A stretch of 64,000 bases of DNA from Thermoleophilia bacterium. GTDB taxonomy: Bacteria; Actinomycetota; Thermoleophilia; RBG-16-64-13. How positions within the stretch are numbered: position 1 is the first letter of the stretch; each line of letters begins with the position of its first letter. A model generated the notes under the pieces. The model worked only from the letters and a program-made list of their open reading frames with translations, had not been told where the DNA came from and did no database searches. Made by a program: the position numbers and the translations under genes. The stretch lies in NCBI GenBank assembly GCA_040772905.1, contig JAXGXJ010000009.1, positions 540 through 64,539 of the forward strand. Direction: 5' to 3'. Below are positions 37,750 to 47,264 of the stretch, one piece after another.

Positions 37750-39978
37750 GTGGCACCGGCTCCCACCGAGCAGAACGGGCGGACGGTGCAGGTGGTGCCT
37801 CTGCTTCGCCTGCATCATCTCGGCCATCGCCGCTTCGACTATCTGGTCCCCCTCGAGATGGACGATACCGTGGCCATCGGCTCAGTGGTGTACGTGCCCT
37901 TCGGACGGCGCACCGTCCGTGCGGTCGTGGTCGCCGAAGGGAGTGGATCGCCGCCGCCCGAGACCGGTCTGCGTGCGCTTCACTCCGTCACCCCTCAGAA
38001 GGTCCCGGCTGCACTGCTCAGACTGGCTGAGAGTGTGGCGCAGCGCTATCTGGCCTCGTACGAATCGTGTCTGCGGCTGGTGGTGCCGCCCGAGCAGGGC
38101 AAGGGCGGCTCGGGAGCGGGGCGCGCCCGTGGACAGTGGGTCACACGCACGCCAGTCCCCGACGAGGGACTGTCTCTCACCGCCAAACAGCGGAGCGTGT
38201 TGGAGGCGCTGGGAGAGGAGGCCTTCCCAGTCGGCGCGCTCTGCGAGCGCGCGGGGGTGGGTCGTGGCGTGGTCCGCGCCCTCATCGACAAGGACCTCTT
38301 GATGCTTTGCGAGCCGCAGCCGCAGGTCGCGGAGAGGCCGGCGCCCGCCGCGGACACTGCCTCCGCGTGGGCGACGACCGCGCCCATGCCCACGCTCTGG
38401 CCGGGGCAGGCCGAGGCCGTGCAGGAGTTGCTCAACGCCTACGACGATCCCGCGTTCGTCCGCCGCCTGCTTTGGGGCGTGACGGGCAGCGGAAAGACCG
38501 AGGTGTATCTACGACTCATCGCGCGCGCCTTGCAGCGTCACGAGGGAGCCATCCTTCTCGTGCCCGAGATCGCTCTCACCCCACAGATGATCGCCCGCGT
38601 GCGTGAGCGTTTCGGGCCGCGGGTGGCGGCGCTCCACAGCGGACTCACCAGGAAGGAACGCGCGGACGAATATCAGCGCATCGCGTCGGGTGAGGCGAGG
38701 ATCGTGGTGGGGGCCCGTTCGGCCGTGTTCGCCCCGGTGGAGCGTCTGAGCCTGGTGATCGTGGACGAGGCGCACGAGAGTTCCTACAAGCAGGAGGAAG
38801 AGCCCCGCTACCACGCGGTGGACGTCGCCGCCATGCGTCTGGCAGAGACGGGGGGCATGTTGCTGGAGGGGACGGCGACACCCTCGGTCGAGAGCGTGCA
38901 TGCCGCCGGCGGGACCATCCGCCTGGCTCAGCGTGCCCTGGGCGAGGAGCCCCCGACCGAGGTGGTCGACATGCGCCGGCAAGGTCCAGGGCTGCTGCTG
39001 GCTCCCTATGCCCGGGAGGCGCTGGCGGCCACGATGCGGCGCGGCGAACAGGCCATCGTGCTGCTCAACCGCCGAGGGTATGCGGCCTACGTGCACTGCG
39101 ATTCCTGCGGGCATGCGCTCGCCTGTCATGATTGCGAACTCACGCTCACCTATCACAGCCGCAGCCGCCGCTTGGTGTGTCACCATTGCGGACGTACGTA
39201 CGCGCAGCCGGTCCGTTGTCCCTCATGCGGGGAGGGCCCTCTCACCAGGGGTTCACCGGGTACCGAGCGCCTGGCCACGGAACTCAAGGCGCTCGTGCCT
39301 CGCGAACAGGTGTTCCAGATGGATTCGGATGTGATCGGCGGCGGCCGCCGCGTCCAGAGTCTCCTGCAGTCGTTCGCCCATACTCATCCCGCTGTGCTTC
39401 TGGGCACTCAGATGGTGGCTAAAGGCCACGATTTCCCCGACGTGACCCTGGTGTTGGTGGCCGACGCTGACACGGGGCTCTATCTGCCCGACTTCCGCGC
39501 GGCGGAGCGGACGTTCCAGTTGTTGCGGCAGGTGGCGGGACGCGCGGGGCGTGCCGAGAAGCCGGGGCGGGTGGTGGTGCAGACCTGGAATCCCGATGTG
39601 CCCTGTATTAGAATGGCGCTTGAGCAGGAGGAAGACCGCTTCTACCAGGAAGAACTCCGTGCTCGGCGCCGTCTTGGATATCCACCCTTCACTCAGATGA
39701 TCAGGTTGGTGACCGCGGCGCGGGAGCCGGATCGGGCGCAGGCGGCCGCTTCGTATCTCGCCGAACGCTTGGCTCCCCACCTGCGTCCGAAGGAGTTGTG
39801 GGGGCCTTCGCGTCTGCCCACTCTTCGGGGGAAGGCGCGGTGGCACGTGCTCGTGGCTGCGAGTGATGGCGGGCGGGTGCGCAGGCTGGTAGGCCAGGCC
39901 GTGGAGCAGTTGGCTGGGCCGTATCGACGGAGAGGCGTGCTCCTGCTGGTGGACGTGGACCCGTATTCTTTCGGGTAG
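37750..39978 (+). CDS. priA: primosomal protein N' (replication restart helicase PriA)
   Basis: SF2 helicase motifs (GVTGSGKTE, DEAHE); Cys-rich zinc-binding insert (CDSCGHALACHDC...CHHCG...CPSCG). Confidence 0.85.
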   Translation: MAPAPTEQNGRTVQVVPLLRLHHLGHRRFDYLVPLEMDDTVAIGSVVYVPFGRRTVRAVVVAEGSGSPPPETGLRALHSVTPQKVPAALLRLAESVAQRYLASYESCLRLVVPPEQGKGGSGAGRARGQWVTRTPVPDEGLSLTAKQRSVLEALGEEAFPVGALCERAGVGRGVVRALIDKDLLMLCEPQPQVAERPAPAADTASAWATTAPMPTLWPGQAEAVQELLNAYDDPAFVRRLLWGVTGSGKTEVYLRLIARALQRHEGAILLVPEIALTPQMIARVRERFGPRVAALHSGLTRKERADEYQRIASGEARIVVGARSAVFAPVERLSLVIVDEAHESSYKQEEEPRYHAVDVAAMRLAETGGMLLEGTATPSVESVHAAGGTIRLAQRALGEEPPTEVVDMRRQGPGLLLAPYAREALAATMRRGEQAIVLLNRRGYAAYVHCDSCGHALACHDCELTLTYHSRSRRLVCHHCGRTYAQPVRCPSCGEGPLTRGSPGTERLATELKALVPREQVFQMDSDVIGGGRRVQSLLQSFAHTHPAVLLGTQMVAKGHDFPDVTLVLVADADTGLYLPDFRAAERTFQLLRQVAGRAGRAEKPGRVVVQTWNPDVPCIRMALEQEEDRFYQEELRARRRLGYPPFTQMIRLVTAAREPDRAQAAASYLAERLAPHLRPKELWGPSRLPTLRGKARWHVLVAASDGGRVRRLVGQAVEQLAGPYRRRGVLLLVDVDPYSFG

Positions 39979-39989
39979 AGAGTAGATAG

Positions 39990-40553
39990 GTGAGTGGAAC
40001 GATGGCCAAACGACAAGAAGACAGAAGACCGCGGCAGGCGGCCGCTCCGTTGGAGCGGTTACGCGTGTTCGGCGACCCCGTACTCAAACAGCCCACCAGG
40101 CTTGTCACCACCTTCGACGATCGGCTGCGCAAGCTGTCCGAGGTCATGTTCGAGGTGATGGAGCGGGAGGAAGGCGTAGGTCTGGCCGCTCCGCAGATAG
40201 GTGTGGTGAGCCGCGTCATGGTCTGGAAGGACCCCGACGACGGCGACCGGCCTTACGTGTACGTGAATCCCCACATTGTGGAGGCGTCTGAGACCGTCAC
40301 GGTGGAGCCGGAGGGTTGTCTGTCGGTGCCCGGAGAGACCATGGAGGTGCCGCGGGCCGACGAAGTGCTGGTTGAGGCCCAGGATCTGCAGGGCAGTCCG
40401 TTCCAGGCCCGTCACTGCGGCTACCAGGCGCGCGTGGTGCAGCATGAGATCGACCATCTGGACGGCTGCCTCATCATAGATCGCACCTCGCAGGAGGAGA
40501 GGCGGAGAGTCCTCAAGGACCTGCGCGAGCGCGCGCTCTCGGTCGGTCGGTGA
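39990..40553 (+). CDS. def: peptide deformylase
   Basis: GVGLAAPQIG, EGCLSVPG, QHEIDHLDG motifs. Confidence 0.9.
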   Translation: MSGTMAKRQEDRRPRQAAAPLERLRVFGDPVLKQPTRLVTTFDDRLRKLSEVMFEVMEREEGVGLAAPQIGVVSRVMVWKDPDDGDRPYVYVNPHIVEASETVTVEPEGCLSVPGETMEVPRADEVLVEAQDLQGSPFQARHCGYQARVVQHEIDHLDGCLIIDRTSQEERRRVLKDLRERALSVGR

Positions 40554-41608
40554 GTTTCGTCTTCGCCGGCACGCCCGATTTCGGCGCCCGCGTCCTGCGC
40601 GGCTTGGCCGATTTGGGCCGTGTGCCTGCGCTGGTGGTCTCTCAGCCCGACCGGCCGCGGGGGAGAGGTCGTAAGACCTGCCCGCCACCCGTGATCGAGG
40701 AGGCGGCGCGTCTCGGCTGCTCGGCCATGCAGGTGGAAGATATCAACGCGCCCGCCACTATCTCCGCCATGCAGGCGACAGGTGCCGATCGGCTGGTGGT
40801 GGCAGCCTTCGGCCAGTTGTTGCGGGAGGCGGTGCTCGAGCGGTTCCTGTGCCTCAATGTGCACGCCTCGCTCCTTCCCAAGTACAGAGGCGCCGCGCCC
40901 ATCGAGCGGGCGCTGGCCGCAGGCGAGGTGTCGACGGGCATCAGCATCATGCGTATGACGGTGGGCCTGGACGAAGGACCTGTCGCCCTGCAGACGTCGG
41001 TGAGCATCGGGTTGCGTGACGACGCGGGCTCGCTGGGGCGCGCACTGGCCGTCCTGGGGGCATCGGGTCTCGATCAGGTACTCACCGGACTGCACGACGG
41101 CACCGTCGTCTGGACCGAGCAATCCGAGCCCGGGACGTATGCCTGCAAGCTCACTGCCGCCGACATGCTCATCGACCCATCGGCGGCGGCCAAGACGGTC
41201 CACGATCAAGTGCGCGCCCTCAGCCCGGTCATCGGCATGCGCGCCCGCAGTGGTGAGGTGGAGTTCAAGGTGTGGCGCACCTGGCCGTACGACGGCGGAG
41301 AAGCAGTCATGCTGCCTCCTGGGGCCGGGGAAGTCCAGGGTGTACCGGGGGCGATGGTCGCCAGGGACGGCCGCCTGTTCCTTGGCTGCGGCAGAGGAGT
41401 GCTGGAGATCCTGCTGGTCCAGCCGGCGGGCAAAGCCCGTATGGACACGTCCGCCTTCCTGCGCGGATACGGCTCACGTCTCGCCGACAGGCTCAACCTC
41501 GCTCGCGAGGGCACGGTGGGCACCGCCGAGCCCACTACTCCGGGCACCGCCGGGGGCACCGGCTTCGCCGAGAGCACCGTAGATCACACCGGCCCGCGTA
41601 CTGTCTGA
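40550..41608 (+). CDS. fmt: methionyl-tRNA formyltransferase
   Basis: Formyltransferase N-domain (NVHASLLPKYRGAAPI); def-fmt coupling. Confidence 0.9.
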   Translation: MSFVFAGTPDFGARVLRGLADLGRVPALVVSQPDRPRGRGRKTCPPPVIEEAARLGCSAMQVEDINAPATISAMQATGADRLVVAAFGQLLREAVLERFLCLNVHASLLPKYRGAAPIERALAAGEVSTGISIMRMTVGLDEGPVALQTSVSIGLRDDAGSLGRALAVLGASGLDQVLTGLHDGTVVWTEQSEPGTYACKLTAADMLIDPSAAAKTVHDQVRALSPVIGMRARSGEVEFKVWRTWPYDGGEAVMLPPGAGEVQGVPGAMVARDGRLFLGCGRGVLEILLVQPAGKARMDTSAFLRGYGSRLADRLNLAREGTVGTAEPTTPGTAGGTGFAESTVDHTGPRTV

Positions 41609-41631
41609 GGGATCCCACCAGAGGAGAGCCC

Positions 41632-42369
41632 ATGCCCATCCCAGCGGACGTCTATCGAGAAGTGCATCTGGTCCCCTCGATCCTCTCGGCCGATTTCTCC
41701 CGGCTGGGGGAGCAAGTGGCCGCCGTTATGGACGCGAGTGTGCGCATGATCCATTTCGATGTCATGGACGGACACTATGTCCCCAACCTGAGCATCGGAC
41801 CGGCTGTGCTCGCGTCGCTGGCGCCGGTGGTGCACGACCGAGGAGGTCTGTTCTCGGTGCATTTGATGATCGAGCGGCCCGAGAAGTACGCTGCCGAGTT
41901 CGTGCGCGCGGGAGCCGACGCGTTGAGCTTCCATGTGGAAGCCTGCGCTCATCCGCGGCACGTGCTGGAGACCATCAGGGACATGGGAGCCGGAGCGGGT
42001 GTCGCCCTGAACCCCGGCACCGACGTGTCCCGCATTGAGCCTTTGCTGGGCGTGGTCGACTTCGTGCTGGTGATGACGGTGAACCCGGGCTTCGGAGGTC
42101 AGGAACTCATCGCCCCGGTGCTGGGGAAGCTGCCGTGGCTGCGGAAGCGCCTGCCCGCGCACGTTGCCGTCGAGGTGGATGGCGGCGTCGGGCGCGACAA
42201 CATCGCGCGGGTGGTGGAAGCGGGCGGCAACTGGGTCGTGGCGGGGTCGGCCGTGTTCGGCGCGGAGGATCCGGCGGAGGAAGCCCGTGCGCTGCAGCAG
42301 ACGGCGCGGCGGGCGGCCGGGGCGGCCGGGGCGGCCGGGGCGGCCGGGGCGGCTGCGCGCGAGGCGTAG
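41632..42369 (+). CDS. rpe: ribulose-phosphate 3-epimerase, with an unusual Ala/Gly-repeat C-terminal tail
   Basis: PSILSADFSRLGE, HFDVMDGHYVPNL, MTVNPGFGGQ motifs. AGGAGA Shine-Dalgarno. Confidence 0.85.
   Translation: MPIPADVYREVHLVPSILSADFSRLGEQVAAVMDASVRMIHFDVMDGHYVPNLSIGPAVLASLAPVVHDRGGLFSVHLMIERPEKYAAEFVRAGADALSFHVEACAHPRHVLETIRDMGAGAGVALNPGTDVSRIEPLLGVVDFVLVMTVNPGFGGQELIAPVLGKLPWLRKRLPAHVAVEVDGGVGRDNIARVVEAGGNWVVAGSAVFGAEDPAEEARALQQTARRAAGAAGAAGAAGAAAREA
42313..42353 (+). repeat. tandem 9-mer (GCGGCCGGG) x4 plus a partial unit inside the 3' end of rpe, encoding AAGAAGAAGAAGAA
   Basis: Direct tandem repeat read from the sequence. Confidence 0.6.
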
Positions 42370-42436
42370 GTGGTGCGTCCCGCGAGCGTGTGGTAGATTC
42401 TGGCGTGCAAGAAGTGGAGCCTGCGGCTCCGCACAA

Positions 42437-42555
42437 GATGGTCTTCGGGGTCGGGTGAGATTCCCTACCGGCGGTACAGCCCGCGAGCCTTTCGAGGCAG
42501 ACCAGGTGAGATCCCTGGGCCGACAGTGAAAGTCTGGAAGAGAGAAGACCGGAGC
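42437..42555 (+). promoter_or_regulatory. FMN riboswitch (RFN element) aptamer
   Basis: Conserved RFN core: TCTTCGGGGTCGGGTGAGATTCCCTACCGGCGGTA...CCGCGAGC...CCAGGTGAGATCCCTGGGCCGACAGTGAAAGTCTGGAAGAGAGAAGAC. P1 helix GTCTTC/GAAGAC. Directly upstream of ribD. Confidence 0.8.
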
Positions 42556-42569
42556 AGCATGCTCTGCCG

Positions 42570-42599
42570 ACCCCTGGGCCTAGGCCAAGGGGTTTTTTG
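42570..42599 (+). terminator. riboswitch expression-platform terminator (hairpin plus T6)
   Basis: CCCCTGGGCC-TA-GGCCAAGGGG followed by TTTTTT. The TTG start of ribD lies at the end of the T tract. Confidence 0.5.
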
Positions 42600-43718
42600 T
42601 TGGCGCTTGATGCGACCGATATCGTCCATCTAGAGCGCGCCGTCGAGTTGGCGGAGCGAGGGCGGGGGTGCACGCACCCCAACCCGGTGGTGGGCGCGGT
42701 CTTGGTGCGACACGGGCGGGTGCTGGCCGAGGGCCATCACGCCGGGCCCGGGTTGGACCACGCCGAGGTCGCGGCGCTCAAGCAAGTGCCCGACGCGCAC
42801 GGCGCCACCGTATATGTGACCCTTGAACCCTGCTGCAACTATGGGCGCACCCCTCCGTGTACCGACGCGCTCATCAGAGCGGGCGTGGCTCGCGTTGTGG
42901 TGGGCGCTGTGGATCCCTCTCCGGCCGTTGACGGTCAAGGCATCGCCCAGCTCCGGCAGGCGGGCATCGTCGTCGACGTGGCAGAGGGCGACATCGCTCT
43001 GCGCTGTAAACGCCAGAACAACGGCTTCCGCAAGGCGGCGGCCACCGGGCTGCCCTTCGTCCTCTACAAGTACGCCATGACCCTGGATGGGCGCGTGGCC
43101 TGCGATTCCGGCGACGCACGCTGGGTGTCGGGGCCGGAGAGCAGGGCGGTGGTGCATGCCCTGCGGGCGCGCAGCGACGCGGTCATGGTCGGTGCCGGCA
43201 CCCTGCGCGCCGACGACCCCCTGCTGACTGCGCGGGACGTGGGGTGCAGACGGCAGCCCTTGCGCGTGGTCGTCGACCCCGGGCTATCGATCGCGGCCGA
43301 CTCTGCGCTCGTGCGCAGCGTCGGCGAGGGCCCGGTCTTGGTTCTGTGTGGCACCGGTACGGCGCCGGGGCGCCGGCGGGAGGTAGAGTCGTGGGGGGTG
43401 CAGGTGGCGGCCGTGGAGATGGAGGCGCCCGGCCGGCTCGCTCCGCGCGCGATGGCCTCGCTCTTGGGGGCGCGCGAGGTGCAGGAGTTGCTGCTGGAGG
43501 GCGGCCCTGCCCTGGCTGGTAGCTGGTGGAGCGTGGGCCTCATCGACCAAGTGAAAGCGTTCGTGGCCCCGCGCGTCAGTTCGGGTGTCGGTCTGCGCTC
43601 GCCTCTGGTGGGGGAAGGGGCCTGCGAGATGGCCGCTTCCGCAGTGCTGCGCGAGGTGAGTATCGAGCGTCTGGGTGACGACGTGTGCATCTCCGGGTAC
43701 GTGGCGGAGCCCCTCTGA
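42597..43718 (+). CDS. ribD: bifunctional riboflavin biosynthesis deaminase/reductase
   Basis: CMP/dCMP deaminase zinc motif (HAEVAAL...PCCNYGRTPPC) plus reductase domain. TTG start. Confidence 0.85.
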   Translation: MLALDATDIVHLERAVELAERGRGCTHPNPVVGAVLVRHGRVLAEGHHAGPGLDHAEVAALKQVPDAHGATVYVTLEPCCNYGRTPPCTDALIRAGVARVVVGAVDPSPAVDGQGIAQLRQAGIVVDVAEGDIALRCKRQNNGFRKAAATGLPFVLYKYAMTLDGRVACDSGDARWVSGPESRAVVHALRARSDAVMVGAGTLRADDPLLTARDVGCRRQPLRVVVDPGLSIAADSALVRSVGEGPVLVLCGTGTAPGRRREVESWGVQVAAVEMEAPGRLAPRAMASLLGAREVQELLLEGGPALAGSWWSVGLIDQVKAFVAPRVSSGVGLRSPLVGEGACEMAASAVLREVSIERLGDDVCISGYVAEPL

Positions 43719-44398
43719 TGTTCACCGGGTTGGTGGAGGAGGTGGGCACGGTCACACGGCTCGAACGGCGTGGCGAGAGCGCGCACCTGGCCGTACGGGC
43801 CCGCACGGTGCTGGAAGGGACCGCGGTGGGGGATTCCGTCGCCGTCAACGGCGCCTGTCTTACCGTGGTGTCGCTCAGCGGCGACGGATTCGTGGTGGAC
43901 GCCATGCCCGAGACGCTCGGCCACACCACGTTGGGCAAGGCCTCTGCGGGCACACGGGTCAACTTGGAGCGGTCGCTCGCGTTGGGCGGGCGGTTGGGCG
44001 GACATCTGGTGCTGGGGCATGTGGACGCCGTGGCAGCCGTGGTTTCGGTGAAGCCGGAGGGCATCGCCTGGCGCATAGCGATGACCCTCCCGGAGGAGAT
44101 CAGGGCGTGTGTGGCCCCCAAGGGCTCCATCGCCGTGGACGGCATCTCGCTCACGGTGATAGACGTGGATGACACATCGTTCTCGGTGGGCATCATCCCC
44201 CACACCCTCAAGGAGACCACCCTCGGCTCGGTGAGGCCGGGGATGGAGGTGAACCTGGAGGCCGACGTCCTGGCGCGCTATGTGGTGCGTACGGTCCAGA
44301 GCCTCAGGGACGGTGGGGGAGCCGGGGCCGCCGGCGCGCCGGCGGCCCCGGCCGGCGGATTGACAGAAGACTTCCTGCGCGAGCAGGGTTTTATCTAG
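43718..44398 (+). CDS. ribE: riboflavin synthase alpha subunit
   Basis: MFTGLVEEVG N-terminus; duplicated lumazine-binding halves; 1-nt TGATG overlap with ribD. Confidence 0.85.
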   Translation: MFTGLVEEVGTVTRLERRGESAHLAVRARTVLEGTAVGDSVAVNGACLTVVSLSGDGFVVDAMPETLGHTTLGKASAGTRVNLERSLALGGRLGGHLVLGHVDAVAAVVSVKPEGIAWRIAMTLPEEIRACVAPKGSIAVDGISLTVIDVDDTSFSVGIIPHTLKETTLGSVRPGMEVNLEADVLARYVVRTVQSLRDGGGAGAAGAPAAPAGGLTEDFLREQGFI

Positions 44399-44408
44399 GA
44401 GGTAGGAG

Positions 44409-45680
44409 ATGACCAGAGAAGAGTCGGGAGCATTCGCCACTATCGAGGAAGCCCTCGAAGAGATCAAGAGCGGTCGTATGGTGGTGGTAGTGGACGATGA
44501 GGATCGCGAGAACGAAGGCGATCTCACCATGGCGGCACAGTTCGTCACCCCGGAGGCGGTGAACTTCATGGCACTTCACGGCCGGGGGCTCATCTGTCTC
44601 TCCATCACGCCGGAGCGGGCCGAGGCGCTCCGACTGCCGCCCATGACTCGGATGAACCAGTCGCGCTTCGGCACCGCTTTCACTGTGTCCATCGAGGCGA
44701 GAGAGGGTGTGACCACCGGCATCTCGGCCGCCGACCGGGCTCGCACCATCCAGGTGGCCATCGACCCCGAGAGCCGTCCCGAGGATCTGGTGCAGCCGGG
44801 GCACGTGTTCCCGCTGGTGGCGCGGCCGGGTGGTGTGCTCGCCCGCACCGGCCAGACCGAGGCCGGCGTCGACCTGGCTCGGCTGGCGGGTCTGTCCCCC
44901 GCGGCTGTCATCTGCGAGGTCATGAACGACGACGGCACCATGGCCCGAGTCCCCGATCTCATCCCCTACTGCAGGCGGCACGGCCTCAAGATGGTCACGG
45001 TGGCCGCACTCATCCAGTACCGGCGCCGCACCGAGCGGCTGGTGAAGCAGGTTGCCGCCGTTCGTATGCCCACGAGGGTGGGGGAGTTCGTGGCCTACGG
45101 CTACGAGAGCATGCTCGACGGGGAGCAGCATGTGGCGTTGGTCAAGGGCGACGTGGCCGGCAAGGAGAACGTACTGGTGCGGGTGCACTCGGAGTGCCTC
45201 ACCGGGGACGTGTTCCACTCGCTGCGCTGCGACTGCGGGGAGCAGTTGCACGCCGCCATGGAGGCCATCGAGCGGGAAGGTCAAGGCGTGTTGCTGTACA
45301 TGGCCCAGGAGGGGCGCGGTATTGGGCTGCTCAACAAGTTGCGGGCCTACGAACTGCAGGAGCAGGGTCGGGACACGGTGGAAGCCAACGTGGAACTGGG
45401 TTTCGCCCCCGACCTGCGCGATTACGGCATCGGCGCCCAGATCCTGGTGGACCTGGGTCTCACCTCCATCCGGCTCATGACCAACAACCCCCGCAAGCTG
45501 GTGGGATTGGAGGGCTATGGGCTCACCATCACCGAGCGGGTGCCCTTGGAGGTGCCGCCCACCGATGAGAACGCCCGCTATCTGGCGGCCAAGAAGCAGA
45601 AGATGGGGCACATGCTCCATCATCAAGGGCTCCAGTTCGACGACGAGCAGATCCAGAGAAAGGACCAGGGCGATGAGTGA
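44409..45680 (+). CDS. ribBA: bifunctional 3,4-dihydroxy-2-butanone-4-phosphate synthase / GTP cyclohydrolase II
   Basis: DHBP synthase N-domain ([11 protein letters not shown]); GCH-II C-domain with CxRCxC zinc motif ([15 protein letters not shown]). Confidence 0.9.
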   Translation: MTREESGAFATIEEALEEIKSGRMVVVVDDEDRENEGDLTMAAQFVTPEAVNFMALHGRGLICLSITPERAEALRLPPMTRMNQSRFGTAFTVSIEAREGVTTGISAADRARTIQVAIDPESRPEDLVQPGHVFPLVARPGGVLARTGQTEAGVDLARLAGLSPAAVICEVMNDDGTMARVPDLIPYCRRHGLKMVTVAALIQYRRRTERLVKQVAAVRMPTRVGEFVAYGYESMLDGEQHVALVKGDVAGKENVLVRVHSECLTGDVFHSLRCDCGEQLHAAMEAIEREGQGVLLYMAQEGRGIGLLNKLRAYELQEQGRDTVEANVELGFAPDLRDYGIGAQILVDLGLTSIRLMTNNPRKLVGLEGYGLTITERVPLEVPPTDENARYLAAKKQKMGHMLHHQGLQFDDEQIQRKDQGDE

Positions 45681-46167
45681 GACGGGCAGGGTGTTCGAGG
45701 GCTACCTCAACGGCGAAGGGCTGCGCATCGGCATCGTGATCAGCCGCTTCAACGAGTTCATCACCGGGAAGCTGCTCTCTGGCGCTATGGACAACCTCAC
45801 GCGCCATGGCGTCGCGGCCAAGGACGTGAGCGTCGCCTGGGTGCCGGGCGCTATGGAGATCCCCCTCGCGGCGCAGCACATGGCCCGATCGGGCGAATAC
45901 GACGCCATCATCTGCCTGGGGGCCGTTATCCGGGGCGGGACACCCCATTTCGACTACGTGGCCGGCGAGGTGGCCAAAGGGGTGGCCATGGTGCAACTCG
46001 AGACCGGTCTGCCCGTGGCCTTCGGCGTGTTGACCACCGACACCATCGAGCAGGCTGTGGAGCGTGCGGGCACCAAGGCCGGGAACAAGGGCTGGGACGC
46101 CGCCCTCTCGGCTGTGGAGATGGCGAACCTGCTGCGCAGCATGGGAGCGGGCTCCGCTAAGAAGTAA
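45673..46167 (+). CDS. ribH: 6,7-dimethyl-8-ribityllumazine synthase
   Basis: [27 protein letters not shown] motifs; ATGA overlap with ribBA. Confidence 0.9.
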   Translation: MSETGRVFEGYLNGEGLRIGIVISRFNEFITGKLLSGAMDNLTRHGVAAKDVSVAWVPGAMEIPLAAQHMARSGEYDAIICLGAVIRGGTPHFDYVAGEVAKGVAMVQLETGLPVAFGVLTTDTIEQAVERAGTKAGNKGWDAALSAVEMANLLRSMGAGSAKK

Positions 46168-46187
46168 AAAGGCCGCCTCGGGCGGCG
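46166..46187 (-). terminator. intrinsic terminator for rpmB (hairpin GCCGCC-TCGG-GGCGGC plus T5 on the minus strand); also abuts the ribH stop
   Basis: On the minus strand the hairpin is followed by CTTTTTAC. It is the last of several hairpins in an about-100-nt rpmB 3' region. Confidence 0.5.
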
Positions 46188-46287
46188 TGGGAAGAAGGGG
46201 CCTCGAGCCTCAGTGAGGCCTCTCCCGAGGCGAGGGCCGCCTCGGGTCGGGGTCCCTGGAGCCGTACGCCCAGGGACCGGTACACCG

Positions 46288-46479
46288 TCAGGCGACTTTT
46301 TTCACCTTGTTGGCCTTGAGACACTTGGCGCACACGAAGGCGCGGGTGGGCTTGCCGTCGAGCTCGATGCGGATCTTCTGGACGTTGGGATCCCACCGGC
46401 GCGGGGTGGCTCGCATGGAATGGCTTCTGTTGTTGCCGAAGCTAGGCTTCTTGCCGCAGATCACGCACACCTTGGACAT
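46288..46479 (-). CDS. rpmB: 50S ribosomal protein L28
   Basis: MSKVCVICGKKPSFGNNRSHSMRATPRRWDPNVQKIRIELDGKPTRAFVCAKCLK. Shine-Dalgarno GAAGGA about 9 nt upstream of this ATG; an ATG four codons upstream lacks proper spacing. Confidence 0.85.
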   Translation of the reverse strand: MSKVCVICGKKPSFGNNRSHSMRATPRRWDPNVQKIRIELDGKPTRAFVCAKCLKANKVKKVA

Positions 46480-46677
46480 CTGGACGCTCATCCTTCTTTG
46501 ATTTGCCCGCACACGGAGTGGCATAGTATGCCGTAGCGGGGGATATTCTGACAAGGGCCACCCAGGTGCGGACCGGGTTCGACGGGTCGAGGGTGCCTGT
46601 CCGGCGTCTGGGGTAAGGTAGAATACCAGGCGACTGCGAGCGAGCCAGGAAAGGAGAAGGCCATCTTCACCAAGGAC

Positions 46678-46872
46678 ATGACCATCATGGAGGCTCTCCA
46701 GGCCGACCCGCGCGCTCGCGACATCTTCGAGTCGCACGGCATCGATTGCGTGGGTTGCTCGGGCATCGTACTCGAGACTATCGAGCATGGCGCGCAGATC
46801 CAGGGCTACGACCTGGACGAAGTCCTCTCCGACCTCAACCGGCTCTCGGCCGGGGCGCTCGAGCAGGGATGA
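46678..46872 (+). CDS. DUF1858-type small redox-disulfide domain protein
   Basis: ESHGIDCVGCSGIVLETIEHGAQIQGYDLDEVLSDLNRL matches the DUF1858 / hybrid-cluster-associated disulfide domain pattern. ATGA-coupled to asp23. Confidence 0.55.
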   Translation: MTIMEALQADPRARDIFESHGIDCVGCSGIVLETIEHGAQIQGYDLDEVLSDLNRLSAGALEQG

Positions 46873-47264
46873 GCCCACAGGGCGCGCAGCCTGGAGCGGA
46901 CGACGGTCGCCGGGAGTCCGGCCGGCCGGTGGGCGGCAGCCTGACCATCACCGAGAGGGCCATCACCGATATAGTCGGCTGGACGGTCCTCGAGTGCTAT
47001 GGAGTGGTGGGCATGGCCTCGCCCAACCTGCGCCTGGGCGTGGCTTCGTTGCTCTCGCGCGACCGGCTGCACCAAGGCATCAAGGTCGAGCAGACCGCCG
47101 ATCATCTGCGCATCAAGCTGTACATCATCGTGGAATATGGTCTGAACGTGGCGGAGGTGGCGGGTAACGTCCGTTCGCAGGTCTCCTACAACGTCGAGCG
47201 CATGGTCGGACGTCCTGTCACGAGTCTCCAGATCTACGTGCAGGGAGTCCGGGTTGGTGAGTAG
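46869..47264 (+). CDS. Asp23/Gls24 family envelope stress protein
   Basis: Asp23 domain (ITDIVGWTVLECYGVVGM...); conserved rpmB-asp23-yloV synteny. Confidence 0.7.
   Translation: MSPQGAQPGADDGRRESGRPVGGSLTITERAITDIVGWTVLECYGVVGMASPNLRLGVASLLSRDRLHQGIKVEQTADHLRIKLYIIVEYGLNVAEVAGNVRSQVSYNVERMVGRPVTSLQIYVQGVRVGE

Noticed and set aside
42135-42529. Overlapping ORFs with Gly/Arg-rich products at the rpe 3' end and riboswitch
   Set aside because: They are alternative-frame readings of the GCGGCCGGG tandem repeat and of the FMN riboswitch; not coding.
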